From contig OZ255842.1 in assembly GCA_965277805.1 (NCBI GenBank), positions 1,344,001-1,408,000 on the forward strand: a stretch of DNA of 64,000 bases, written 5' to 3'. Both the position numbers and the translations under genes were made by a program. This DNA comes from Candidatus Lustribacter sp. Its GTDB lineage: Bacteria; Vulcanimicrobiota; Vulcanimicrobiia; Vulcanimicrobiales; Vulcanimicrobiaceae. Numbering within the stretch: position 1 is the stretch's first letter; the number at the start of each line of letters is the position of its first letter. The notes under the pieces were generated by a model that was not told where the DNA came from, ran no database searches, and saw nothing but the letters and a program-made list of their open reading frames with translations. Positions 47,565 to 57,157 of the stretch are shown one piece after another.

Positions 47565-48583
47565 AAGTGTAGCGAGCGCTGAACCTCGTGCAGCAGCGTC
47601 AAATCGGCGACGTTGCGCACGTCGACCGGCGTCGCGACCAGCTTTTCGCCGACCCAAAACTGCTGCATGCGGCCGAGCGCATCGAGGCTCACTTCACCGT
47701 GCGCCGTCGGGTAGATCGGGCCGCTAAGCCCGCGTAAAACGTCGGGCGAGAGCTGCGACCATTTGGCGGCCTCCGCGAGCAGCTCCGGCGTCCACTTGCC
47801 GTTGCTCTTCAAGACGTCGTCGTTGGCGCGGAGATACGCGCGCAGGAAGCGCCGTAACAGGTCGGGATGCGCTTTGGCGAACGCGGCCGATGCGCCGATG
47901 TACTCCTGCTGATACCATGGCACGACCGAGGAGAAAGAAATCCAGCGGTGCCCGACGCCCTCGGCCTCGAGTTGACTGGCCGCGGGTTCGGTTGCGCCGA
48001 GTACGTCGACGGCATGATTGCGCAGCGCTTCGAGCCAGTTGGCGATCGAGCGGTAGTGCTCGCTCACTCGCGCGTCGGCCGGCGTCAAGCCGCCCGCGCT
48101 GAGCGTTTCTTTCAACAGAAAATCGATCGGCGAACCGATGTTGGCGCCGTCGACGATCTTGCCTTTGAGATCCGCCGGCTGCGCGATCGTCTTTGCATCC
48201 CACACATCTTGACGTACGACCAGCCACGACGCATCGTGCCAGCCTGCGTGGCTGCCGCCCATGCCGGCCAGCAGCACGACGTTGAAGCCCGCGTTGAATT
48301 GGTTGAAGAAACTCGGGCTCGGGTTCACGGTGCCCAAATCGAAATCGCCGCGCGCCAGCATCGGTAAGAACGCGGTCGACGAGCCGGGGTTCGGCGTGAT
48401 CTGCAGGTCGATGCCCTCGGCGCGAAAGTAGCCGGCGTCGAGCCCGTGCAGCACCGGCAAGTGCGCGTAGAACGTCGGATCCATGATCATCCGGATGCGG
48501 TCCGGCGCGGCAGCATGAGCCGGCGGTGCTGCCGGCGCGAAGGCGAGAAGAAGCAGGAGCAGCGCTGCGGCGATGCGCTTCAT
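47561..48583 (-). CDS. ABC substrate-binding protein, SsuA/NMT1 type
   Basis: Signal peptide; GYFRAEGIDL, DLKGK; ATGA overlap with the DyP stop. Confidence 0.82.
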   Translation of the reverse strand: MKRIAAALLLLLLAFAPAAPPAHAAAPDRIRMIMDPTFYAHLPVLHGLDAGYFRAEGIDLQITPNPGSSTAFLPMLARGDFDLGTVNPSPSFFNQFNAGFNVVLLAGMGGSHAGWHDASWLVVRQDVWDAKTIAQPADLKGKIVDGANIGSPIDFLLKETLSAGGLTPADARVSEHYRSIANWLEALRNHAVDVLGATEPAASQLEAEGVGHRWISFSSVVPWYQQEYIGASAAFAKAHPDLLRRFLRAYLRANDDVLKSNGKWTPELLAEAAKWSQLSPDVLRGLSGPIYPTAHGEVSLDALGRMQQFWVGEKLVATPVDVRNVADLTLLHEVQRSLHF

Positions 48584-49494
48584 GCGTCGTCTTCCACGGC
48601 GAAACGGCGCAGTGCTTGCAGTGACGGAACGAAGTAATAGGCGCCCGTGAGCGCGGTCGTGTAGCGCGTCAGCGCATCGCGCACGCCGCCCTCGGCACCG
48701 GCCATGCGCCGCAACATCTTATCCAAGCGCTGCTGATCGGCGCTGAACCCGACGAAGACGGTGCCGTGTTCGGTCACGTTGCCGTACGCGGTATTGCGCC
48801 GGAAAATCTTGCGCTCCTCACCGTCGATGTCGACGGTCGTGCGCGAAACGTGCGAATCCTCGGGCTGCACGTCTTCGGCCAACTCGATGCTGTCGGCTTT
48901 GGTGCGGCCGATCACGCGCTCTTGTTTTTCGACCGGCAGCGCTTCCCACGTTTTCGTTTGGTGCACCCACTGCTGAAAGAGCAGCACCGACCCGCCGGCG
49001 CCCGGAGCGCCGTCGGGAACCGTCGCGATGTCGGGCGCGATCATCAGCGCCGGATTCTCCGTACCGTCTTCGAAGCCGGTGAGATCGCGGCTGTGCCGGT
49101 ACGACCAGCCCTCGAGTTCGCGCACGACGGTTGCGCACGTTTCCAACTTCGCGATCGCTTCGCGCGCGAGGTCGAACACGACGTCGTAGGACGCACCGGC
49201 AATCCACAGCCACAGATCCGCCTGGGTCGCCGGCATCGAGTAGCCGTCGGCGCCGGCCAGCGGCGCATCGAAGCTGCCCAATTCCGCCGGCGTGTCGGCG
49301 GCTGCGACCGCGCGCCAGATTTCGGGCCGGAACCCGATGACGAAGTTGACGCCGCCGACCGTCGTGCGGGGCTCGTGGACCGAGACCACGGTGCGTACCA
49401 GCGTTTCGGGCGTGGTTCCCGCCGTTTGCGAGAATTCGAGATAGATGTGCGCGGCATCGCCGAGCGCAAAGATGCCGGTCTGTGGGGTGCTCAT
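48580..49494 (-). CDS. Dye-decolorizing (DyP-type) peroxidase
   Basis: RDLTGFEDGTENP, QERVIGRTK, SHV, IFRRN, AYYFVPS. Confidence 0.92.
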   Translation of the reverse strand: MSTPQTGIFALGDAAHIYLEFSQTAGTTPETLVRTVVSVHEPRTTVGGVNFVIGFRPEIWRAVAAADTPAELGSFDAPLAGADGYSMPATQADLWLWIAGASYDVVFDLAREAIAKLETCATVVRELEGWSYRHSRDLTGFEDGTENPALMIAPDIATVPDGAPGAGGSVLLFQQWVHQTKTWEALPVEKQERVIGRTKADSIELAEDVQPEDSHVSRTTVDIDGEERKIFRRNTAYGNVTEHGTVFVGFSADQQRLDKMLRRMAGAEGGVRDALTRYTTALTGAYYFVPSLQALRRFAVEDDA

Positions 49495-49551
49495 CGTTAC
49501 CGCGAAATGCGTTGCGGGGTGGCGGTTTCCTGTGCGTAGAATGACCCGCGC

Positions 49552-50136
49552 GTGGCCGTAGCTGCTTCCGCGTCCGTTCCCGATCGTATGCCGCTCACGC
49601 GTGGGGTCACGTGGTGGGCGCTCGCTTTTCCGGCAGTGATGATCGTGGCGCTCGCGCGGCACGACATCCCTCTGCTGAACTGGGTGCACGTGCTCTCGGG
49701 CGTGCTGTGGACGGGCGCCGATATCTTCCTCGGCTTCATCGTCGGACCCGTGCTGCGCCGCATGGATCCGCCGCAGCGCACCGCGTTCATTACGTATTTC
49801 GTGCCGCGGTCGATCCTCTATTTTCCCTGCGTATCGCTCACGACGGGCACGGCCGGCTGGTATCTTGCCGCGTGGCTCGGCCTAACGTCGCCCGCGAATC
49901 CGCAATTTGCTTGGGTGGTGGCGGCGCTGATTTTGATCACGCTGATGACGATCCTGGGCCTGGGCATCATGACGCCGAACAGTTTGCGGATCTGGTTCGA
50001 ACTGCGCAAGCCTGCGCCCAACCGCGACATGATCATCCGGCTGAACCGCTACAACGTCATCAACGCCGCTGTCCAAGGATCGATGCAAATCATGATCATC
50101 ATCGTTATGTCGCACCTGACGCTCGGAGGTCCGTGA
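49552..50136 (+). CDS. Hypothetical polytopic membrane protein
   Basis: 4-5 TM segments; LNWVHVLSGVLWTG; start uncertain (49552 or 49588). Confidence 0.7.
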   Translation: MAVAASASVPDRMPLTRGVTWWALAFPAVMIVALARHDIPLLNWVHVLSGVLWTGADIFLGFIVGPVLRRMDPPQRTAFITYFVPRSILYFPCVSLTTGTAGWYLAAWLGLTSPANPQFAWVVAALILITLMTILGLGIMTPNSLRIWFELRKPAPNRDMIIRLNRYNVINAAVQGSMQIMIIIVMSHLTLGGP

Positions 50137-51122
50137 ACGTGTTGACGCGCGGACGGTTTGCCGCCGGGAGTGCGGCCGTGCTCGCCGCGATTGCGGGCGG
50201 CGCGCGGACCGCCGGCGCGCAGCCGGTGCCGTTGCGCTTGAACGTATTTGGCGGGCTCGATGCGTGGCCGGTCTACGTGATTCACGATCGCGGCTTGATG
50301 AGCGGCTACGACGTTGCGCTCACGACGACGACGGGTTCCGTGCCGCAGTTCGCGCACATGCTCGCCGGCGATGCCGATCTGGCCCTCACCGCGATGGACA
50401 ACGTGGTCGCCTACGATTCCGGGCAGGGCGATCCGTCGGTGACCGGCGATCTCGATTTCGTTGCCTTTCTCGGCATCGGACCCGGCTTCTTGCGGTTGCT
50501 CGTGCGGCCCGAGATCACGTCGTACGAGCAGCTGCGCGGCAAGACGTTTGCGGTCGACGCGCCGGCCACCGGCTTCTCGTTCGTGTTGCGGCGGTTGCTC
50601 GAGAAGAACGGCATCATGCCGGGCGAGTATTCGTTCGTCGCGCTCGGCAGCACGCAGAAGCGTTTTGACGGCATGGTCGCGGGTCAGGCGGCCGGCGGCG
50701 TCGTGGGCGCGCCCTTCGACGTGATCGGCGCGCAGAAGTACGGCTTCCACGTGTTGGGCAATGCGCTGGACACGCTGGGACACTACGAGGCCACGGTGAT
50801 GATGGCGCGCCGCTCGTGGGCGGCGGCGCACCGGCCGGTGATCGCGGCGTTCGTGCGCGCGTATCGCGATGCGGTCGCGTGGCTCTACGCTCCGGCGAAC
50901 CGCACCGAAGCGATGGCGATTTTGGGACGGAACACCGACCTGCCGCCCGAGATTATCGCGCAGGTTGCGCCGGTCGTGCTCGGTTCGCCGGTCAGCTACA
51001 CGCGCGACGGCAAATTCGACGTGGCCGGCGTGAGCACGGTGATGGAACTGCGCGCAGCGTACGCAACGCCGAAGAAAGCCCTCGGCAGTCCGCAAGCCTT
51101 TATCGACCAGAGCTTTCTCTAG
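50133..51122 (+). CDS. ABC substrate-binding protein, SsuA/NMT1 type
   Basis: GTGA overlap; Tat-like TRGRF leader; TAMDNVVAY, LRGKTFAVDA..TGF. Confidence 0.82.
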   Translation: MNVLTRGRFAAGSAAVLAAIAGGARTAGAQPVPLRLNVFGGLDAWPVYVIHDRGLMSGYDVALTTTTGSVPQFAHMLAGDADLALTAMDNVVAYDSGQGDPSVTGDLDFVAFLGIGPGFLRLLVRPEITSYEQLRGKTFAVDAPATGFSFVLRRLLEKNGIMPGEYSFVALGSTQKRFDGMVAGQAAGGVVGAPFDVIGAQKYGFHVLGNALDTLGHYEATVMMARRSWAAAHRPVIAAFVRAYRDAVAWLYAPANRTEAMAILGRNTDLPPEIIAQVAPVVLGSPVSYTRDGKFDVAGVSTVMELRAAYATPKKALGSPQAFIDQSFL

Positions 51123-51610
51123 CCGGCTTTGATGCCACGCTCGACCGGATGCCCGATTCCGAGCGGATGCGCATCGATCAGCACGAACGCAATCCGCGCC
51201 GGCTCGGTACCGCGATTCACCCAGGCGTGATTGGTGCCGCGCTGCACCATCACGTCGCCCGCACGTAATTTGACGGTTGAATCGTCGAGATCCATTTCGA
51301 CTTCACCGGAGATGACGATCACGTAGTCGATCGTCTCCGTGCGGTGCATGTTGCCTGCCTTGCCGCCCGGCGCGATCTCGTTCACCGTGAAGCGCGAACC
51401 GTTCGGCGGCGGTGGCGTGCCGATCACCCGCGCGCCCATGTCCTCGATCCCTTCGCCGAGTGCGATATCGGCCGGCGTGCGGTCGGTGCACCACATCAGC
51501 GTCGACGTATTCCCGTTCCCGCTTGCCGAGCGGCGCGTGTTCGGCGCCTCGCCGTCGATCAGCACGATCGCTTTGCCGTTGTCATCGTGACCGGTGACGA
51601 CGCGCCTCAC
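51119..51610 (-). CDS. Cupin domain protein
   Basis: RRVVTGHD, MHRTETIDY, GDVMVQRGTNHAW. Confidence 0.9.
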   Translation of the reverse strand: MRRVVTGHDDNGKAIVLIDGEAPNTRRSASGNGNTSTLMWCTDRTPADIALGEGIEDMGARVIGTPPPPNGSRFTVNEIAPGGKAGNMHRTETIDYVIVISGEVEMDLDDSTVKLRAGDVMVQRGTNHAWVNRGTEPARIAFVLIDAHPLGIGHPVERGIKAG

Positions 51611-52152
51611 GAGAGCGTGTTCGTCCCGGTCGACGGCGGCACGTCGAACACCGCCAGCATCATCCCGATCATCGTGTACAAACCCGCTGTCGTGACCATC
51701 TCGATCATTAAATCGAGGCCGAAGGCGTCCAAGCCGCGCGCATAGTTGGCATCGCTAAGCGCACGCGTTTGGTTGAGCTCGGTGAAGATGTCGTAGATCA
51801 ACTGCTCGTCGGAGCGCGCGAACGAAGGGACGCGGTTGGTCCGGATCGCCTCGATCGCGCCGGCCGAAATGCCGGCCTCCAGCGCCTGCCTAGCGTGCGC
51901 GGTCCATGCGTACTCCGCGCGCCACGGCCGCACGATCAGCAGCACCATCAACTCGACGAGCCGCTTTTCGAACCCGCTGTTCTTGCGCAGGCGGTCGCTC
52001 AGATGTTCGACCCGCTTGGCGATCTCCGGCACGCGGATCCAGATCGCGAAGGGGCCGCCGATCACGCCCGACCGGGTTCCGGCGATCGAGGCCGCAATGG
52101 CCTTTTGCTCGGCGCTCATTTCATCGTCGCTCAGACGCGTCACACGGCTCAT
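51607..52152 (-). CDS. Carboxymuconolactone decarboxylase family protein
   Basis: GGPF..W..PE, EYAWTAH, GLYT; SD GGGGAG. Confidence 0.8.
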   Translation of the reverse strand: MSRVTRLSDDEMSAEQKAIAASIAGTRSGVIGGPFAIWIRVPEIAKRVEHLSDRLRKNSGFEKRLVELMVLLIVRPWRAEYAWTAHARQALEAGISAGAIEAIRTNRVPSFARSDEQLIYDIFTELNQTRALSDANYARGLDAFGLDLMIEMVTTAGLYTMIGMMLAVFDVPPSTGTNTLS

Positions 52153-52201
52153 GCGCTCCCCATTCCGGTTGGTGCGGTCGGCTCCTCGGCGAAGGAAAGG
52201 T

Positions 52202-52243
52202 CCTCCGGCAATACAACCTCCTGAGGAACTCAGTTGCCGGAGG
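52202..52243 (+). promoter_or_regulatory. RBS-sequestering RNA hairpin upstream of the SBP gene
   Basis: Perfect 10-bp stem cctccggcaa/ttgccggagg containing the GGAGG SD, plus inner ctgag-gaa-ctcag stem. Confidence 0.55.
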
Positions 52244-52251
52244 TTCACTGC

Positions 52252-53217
52252 ATGACGGGTTTATCGCGTTCCGCGCTCTTGACCGGACTCGCAGCCGGTG
52301 TAGCAGGTGCGGCACTGCCCCGCGTCGCCCGCGCACAAGCCACGACCGTGCGCATCGCCGGGGTGTTCAGCGACCTCTTCGCGGAGCCGTTCTATGCGAA
52401 GGACGCCGGAGCGTTTGCGAAGGCCGGATTCGACGTGCAGCCGACGAGCCTGAACAACGCAGGCGCGGTCGCCGCCGCGATCGGCGGCGGCAGTCTCGAA
52501 CTCGGCACCGGCGACCTCATCTCCGGGGTGAACGCAATCAACGCGGGCGTACCCGTCGTTTTGGTCGCCGGCGGCGGTCTCTATAATGAACGCGGCGACC
52601 AGAACTCGACGATCCTCGCGGTCGCGAACGATTCGCCGATCAAAACGGCCAAGGATCTGGTCGGCAAGTCGATCGGCGTTCCGACGCTCGCCGGTCTGTC
52701 GACCGCGTGCCTTCGCGCCTGGCTGCCGGCGCACGGCGTGCCGCTCGATAGCGTGAAGCTGGTCGAAATTACGCAAGCCGAATCGCCCGCTGCGCTCGAG
52801 CGCGGCAGGCTCGACGCCGGTCTGCTCTCGGAGCCGTTCGTGACGTTTGCCAAAGCGTCGACCCGCGCGATCGGCTCGCCGTTCGATGCCGCCGCCGATC
52901 TCGCACCGAACAAGATCTTCTGCGTTTCGGTGTGGTACGCGAACAAGACGTGGTTCGAAGCCGACGCCGCGCGGGCGAAGCGCATCGTGCAAGCGATCGT
53001 CGACACTGCGCGCTGGGCCAACACGCATCGCGACGATACGTTCGGAATTCTCGTCCGCGACGGTCACCTCGATCCGGTTCAAGCGAAGGGCATGCTGCGC
53101 ACGACGTACGCCACCAGCCTGACGGCCGATCTCATCGCCCCCGTGATCACCATCGGCAATAACAACAAGATGTTCTCGAAGCCCACGGACGCCGCTTCCC
53201 TTATCACCAAAGCGTAA
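52252..53217 (+). CDS. ABC substrate-binding protein, SsuA/NMT1 type
   Basis: Tat-like SRSALL leader; DSPIKTAKDLVGK, ARWANTH. Confidence 0.85.
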   Translation: MTGLSRSALLTGLAAGVAGAALPRVARAQATTVRIAGVFSDLFAEPFYAKDAGAFAKAGFDVQPTSLNNAGAVAAAIGGGSLELGTGDLISGVNAINAGVPVVLVAGGGLYNERGDQNSTILAVANDSPIKTAKDLVGKSIGVPTLAGLSTACLRAWLPAHGVPLDSVKLVEITQAESPAALERGRLDAGLLSEPFVTFAKASTRAIGSPFDAAADLAPNKIFCVSVWYANKTWFEADAARAKRIVQAIVDTARWANTHRDDTFGILVRDGHLDPVQAKGMLRTTYATSLTADLIAPVITIGNNNKMFSKPTDAASLITKA

Positions 53218-53231
53218 GGAGCACCCAAGCG

Positions 53232-54524
53232 ATGTCGCTCAATCGTGACCGCTTTCTCAGAACGACGGCCGGTGCCGTGGCGGGACTCGCTGCCGGCGCG
53301 GCCGAGCTGCAGCCGGGCTCCGCCGCCGACGATTCGGTTTTCCTCGGACTCTGCTGCCCGCTGACCGGCTCCTACGGCGCCGACGGCGAGGATTTGCGCA
53401 AGGGCTATCTGCTCGCGATCCGCGACCTCAACAACGGCACCGGCGTCATGGGTCAGATTCCGAGCCTGCGCGGGAAAAAAGGCGTGCTCGGCAAGCGCAT
53501 CACCTACAAGGTCGCCGACACCGAGACCAATCCCAACACCGCCGTGCAGCACGCGACCGAGTTCATCACGCAGAACAAGGCGATCATGGTCACGGGCGGC
53601 GTGGCCAGCTCCGAAGTCATCGCAATGGCCAAGGTCGCGCAGCAGCAGAAGGTGCTGTTTATGACCGGCGCAAGCGGCTCGAACGATACGACCGGCGTCG
53701 ATTGCCAGCGTTATTCGTTCCGCTCGCAGTGCGATGCGTACATGGTGGCCAAGGCGATCGCGCCGATCCTCGGCAAAGCGCTGGGCACGAAACGCAAGGC
53801 CGTCTACCTCACGCCCGATTACAGCTACGGCCACTCGTTGACCGGATCGATGCGCGAATTCACCGAGAAACTCGGCTGGACGACCGTGGCCGACGTCGTC
53901 GCACCGTTTCCGTCGCCCGGCGATTTCAGTTCGTACCTCACCAACATCGCGAACTCCGGCGCCGATACGTTCGTGAACATCGAGTTCGGCAACGACGGCG
54001 TCGCTTCGACGAAGCAGGCCGCACAATTCGGCATCTTGCCGAAGATGAAGCTCGTCGTTCCGAACGTGTCGACCTATTTTCCCGACGGCGTCGGCGCGGA
54101 GCTGATGGGCGGCGTGTACGGCACGCAAGAATGGTACTTTTCGCTGGCCGACCGCTACCCGCTCTCCAAGCGATTCCTCGACGACTTCGAGAAGATGTAT
54201 CCGGGCGTCGTGCCGCGCTGGACGGCGCACATCGCCTACACCCAGCTCGCGATCTGGGCCGATGCGGTGACGCGCGCGAAGACGTTCGCCGCGCCGGCCG
54301 TCATCGCGACGCTCGAGGCGGGGAAACCGCTCACGCTGATGCTGGGACCGGTGCACTATCGCGCCGGCGACCATCAGCTCGTGCGTCCGGTTCCGGTCGT
54401 GATCGGCAAGACCGCCTCGCAGATGAAGAACAAGGCCGACTTCTTCCAAGTGGTCGACATCATCCCGGGCGACGAAGTGATGCAGCCGCTCGACACGACC
54501 TCATGTACGATGCCGCCCGTGTGA
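53232..54524 (+). CDS. ABC substrate-binding protein of the Liv-type transporter
   Basis: RDRFL Tat-like leader; PLTGSY, SGSNDTTG.DC, DYSYG. Confidence 0.88.
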   Translation: MSLNRDRFLRTTAGAVAGLAAGAAELQPGSAADDSVFLGLCCPLTGSYGADGEDLRKGYLLAIRDLNNGTGVMGQIPSLRGKKGVLGKRITYKVADTETNPNTAVQHATEFITQNKAIMVTGGVASSEVIAMAKVAQQQKVLFMTGASGSNDTTGVDCQRYSFRSQCDAYMVAKAIAPILGKALGTKRKAVYLTPDYSYGHSLTGSMREFTEKLGWTTVADVVAPFPSPGDFSSYLTNIANSGADTFVNIEFGNDGVASTKQAAQFGILPKMKLVVPNVSTYFPDGVGAELMGGVYGTQEWYFSLADRYPLSKRFLDDFEKMYPGVVPRWTAHIAYTQLAIWADAVTRAKTFAAPAVIATLEAGKPLTLMLGPVHYRAGDHQLVRPVPVVIGKTASQMKNKADFFQVVDIIPGDEVMQPLDTTSCTMPPV

Positions 54525-54555
54525 GGGCATTGAGGATGAGCGCCTGCCGGTTCAT

Positions 54556-55416
54556 TTGATCGAAGCGCAACTCCTCAACGGGGTTGCGCTCGGATCGATC
54601 CTGGCGCTGGTCGCGCTCGGGCTCACGATCATCTTCGGATTGCTCGGCTTCGTGAACTTCGCGCACGGCGGTCTGTTTACGGTCGGCGCCTATGCGGGCT
54701 GGCTCGCATACACGCGCTACGACTCCTACGTGCTCGGCATCGTCGCCGCAGTGGTGGTGACGTTTGTTGCCGGCATCGTCATCGAGCGGCTGCTGATCCG
54801 GCTCTATTACCGGCGGCCGAAAGAAGACCAGATCCTGGTAACGTTTGGTCTGGGCATCGTGCTGGTCGAGATCGTTCGCGCGCTCTTTACCGGCCAGAAC
54901 AAACTCGTGCCGACGCCGTCATGGGCGAGCGGCGCCGTCCAGTTGGCGGATCTCGTTTATCCGCAATACCGGCTCGACGTCGTCGGCATCGTGGCCGTGA
55001 CGCTCTTGGCCGTGTGGGCGATCATCTTCAAGACGCGGCTCGGATTGATCGTGCGCGCGGGTATTGACGACGCGCTGATCGTCGAGATGCTCGGCATCGA
55101 TATCGGGCGCGCGTTCATGCTCGTCTTCGCGCTCGGTGCGTGCGTGGCCGGTTTGGCCGGCTTCGTCGACGCGCCGATCTTGGCGTTGACGCCCGACGTC
55201 GGCACGATGGTGCTCGTCCAGTCGCTGGTCGTCATCGTGATCGGCGGCGTTGGTTCGTTCGGCGGCGCGATCGTGGGCGGCATCGTCGCCGGTGAGATCA
55301 TCAGCCTGACCAGCGTGTTCGCGCCCGATTGGGCGCAAGTCGCGCTCTACATCGCGATGGCGCTCGTGCTGCTGGCGCGGCCGCAAGGATTGCTCGGCGT
55401 GGTGGGGCGCGCATGA
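54556..55416 (+). CDS. livH: Branched-chain-type ABC permease (LivH-like)
   Basis: ALGLTIIFGLLGFVNFAHG, VIGGVGS. Confidence 0.88.
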   Translation: MIEAQLLNGVALGSILALVALGLTIIFGLLGFVNFAHGGLFTVGAYAGWLAYTRYDSYVLGIVAAVVVTFVAGIVIERLLIRLYYRRPKEDQILVTFGLGIVLVEIVRALFTGQNKLVPTPSWASGAVQLADLVYPQYRLDVVGIVAVTLLAVWAIIFKTRLGLIVRAGIDDALIVEMLGIDIGRAFMLVFALGACVAGLAGFVDAPILALTPDVGTMVLVQSLVVIVIGGVGSFGGAIVGGIVAGEIISLTSVFAPDWAQVALYIAMALVLLARPQGLLGVVGRA

Positions 55417-56405
55417 TTCTCGGGCCCGTCGGCGATCGCACCGGCTGGCGGGTTGAAGGCGCGGTCGCGCTGTTTCTCGTGCTCTTTCCGTTTTTGCTCG
55501 GGCTCTTCGGCGCGGGCACCGATCTCGGCACGCGCATCCTCATCTTGGGACTCTTCGGCCTCGGCGTCGATCTGATCTTCGGATTTACCGGCCTGCTCTC
55601 GTTCGGCCAAGCCGCGTTCTACGGAACCGGCGGGTTCGTGACCGCGAACGTGCTCATCCGGCACATCGTGCCGAGCACGCTTGGCGCGCTCGCCGTCGGC
55701 ACGCTGGTTGCCGCGCTTGCCGGCGCGCTGGTCGGCTCGCTCGCGCTGCGGCAGGTCGGCATCTATTTCGCGATGCTCACGCTCGCCTTCGGGCAGCTGT
55801 TCTACTTTCTCGAGAACTCGCCGCTGCGCGCGTTCACCGGGAGCGAGAACGGTTTGCCCGGCGTTCCGAAGCCCGTCTTCGCGCTCGGTCCGTGGACGCT
55901 CGACGCGACGACGAGCATCGGCATGTACGTGTTCGTCGCCGCGATCTACTTCGGCGGTTTCTTCATCGCGCGCCGGATCGTGCGCTCGCCGTTCGGTGCG
56001 GTGTTGCGGGCAATTCGCGAGAATCCCGAGCGCGCCGCGGCCGTCGGTCATCAAGTTCCGAGCTACAAGCTCGTCGCGTTCACGCTCGCCGCAGCCTATG
56101 GCGGGCTCGCCGGCGGACTGCTCGGCATTTTCCAAGGCTACATGCCGCCCGAAGCGTTCTCGATCGATCAATCGGGCGAGATCATCGTGATGACCGTGAT
56201 CGGTGGACCCGGCACGCTGATCGGCCCGCTGGTCGGCGCGGGCGTGTGGACGCTCTTGCGACAGGGACTGCAGAACGTGGACGCGATTGCCGGCGTGTGG
56301 AAGCTGATCCTTGGTCTCGTCTTCATTCTTCTGATCACCGGTTTCCGGCGCGGACTGACCGGCGGCGCGATCGCGCTCTGGGCGCGCCTGCGGGCCGCGC
56401 GATGA
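55413..56405 (+). CDS. livM: Branched-chain-type ABC permease (LivM-like)
   Basis: GFTGLLSFGQAAF, YFAMLTLAF, AIRENPERA. Confidence 0.88.
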   Translation: MILGPVGDRTGWRVEGAVALFLVLFPFLLGLFGAGTDLGTRILILGLFGLGVDLIFGFTGLLSFGQAAFYGTGGFVTANVLIRHIVPSTLGALAVGTLVAALAGALVGSLALRQVGIYFAMLTLAFGQLFYFLENSPLRAFTGSENGLPGVPKPVFALGPWTLDATTSIGMYVFVAAIYFGGFFIARRIVRSPFGAVLRAIRENPERAAAVGHQVPSYKLVAFTLAAAYGGLAGGLLGIFQGYMPPEAFSIDQSGEIIVMTVIGGPGTLIGPLVGAGVWTLLRQGLQNVDAIAGVWKLILGLVFILLITGFRRGLTGGAIALWARLRAAR

Positions 56406-57157
56406 CCGCGTTGCTCGAAGCGCGCGAACTGACCAAACGCTTCGGCGGCCTCACCGCCGTCGACCGCGCGTCGCTCACGATTGACGAGGGAACGATCACC
56501 GCGCTGATCGGGCCCAACGGCGCGGGCAAAAGCACGTTCTTCAAGCTGCTCGCCGGCGAGCTCGAGCCGACGGAAGGCGACGTCGTTTTCCGCGGACGGC
56601 CCATCACCGGGCTCGGCGTCGCGCGCGTGTGCCGCCTCGGCATCGGCAAGAGCCATCAGATCACGCAGATCTTTCCGAACTTGACCGTGACCGAGAACCT
56701 GATCATTCCGGCGCTTGCCGCGCGCCGCGGCGGGTTCCGCGTCGATCTCTTTGCATCGGTGCGCGGCATCGACGGATTGGCCGAGCTCGTCGCCCATACC
56801 CTGAACGAAATCGGCCTCGCCGATCGCGCCGGCGTCCGCTCCGGCGAATTAGCGTACGGCGAGAAGCGGCGTCTCGAGATCGGGCTCGCGCTCGCGACGC
56901 AGCCGCACCTCTTGCTGCTCGATGAACCCGCTGCCGGCATGAGCCCATCCGAAACAGCCGAGACCGTCGCCCTGATTCAACGCTTGCGCACGGGCGTCAC
57001 GATCGTGATCGTCGAGCACGACATGGACGTCGTGTTCGGCTTGGCCGACCGCATCATGGTGATGCAGAACGGCGCGACGATCGCGTACGGAACGCCGGCC
57101 GAAATTCGCGCCGACGCGCGCGTGCGCGAAGCCTATCTCGGCGGAGCCGACGAGTGA
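56402..57157 (+). CDS. livG: ABC ATPase (LivG-like)
   Basis: GPNGAGKST, LLLLDEPAAGM, VEHDM, VREAYLG. Confidence 0.92.
   Translation: MTALLEARELTKRFGGLTAVDRASLTIDEGTITALIGPNGAGKSTFFKLLAGELEPTEGDVVFRGRPITGLGVARVCRLGIGKSHQITQIFPNLTVTENLIIPALAARRGGFRVDLFASVRGIDGLAELVAHTLNEIGLADRAGVRSGELAYGEKRRLEIGLALATQPHLLLLDEPAAGMSPSETAETVALIQRLRTGVTIVIVEHDMDVVFGLADRIMVMQNGATIAYGTPAEIRADARVREAYLGGADE

Noticed and set aside
48580-49494. DyP as an encapsulin cargo
   Set aside because: The protein ends LRRFAVEDDA with no GSLxIGSL-type targeting peptide, and no encapsulin gene is adjacent
54536-54559. Seven-codon ORF (MSACRFI) overlapping the livH TTG start; possible leader peptide or 1-nt frameshift
   Set aside because: LivH is complete from the TTG; I cannot distinguish chance, a coupling mini-ORF or a sequencing indel without reads
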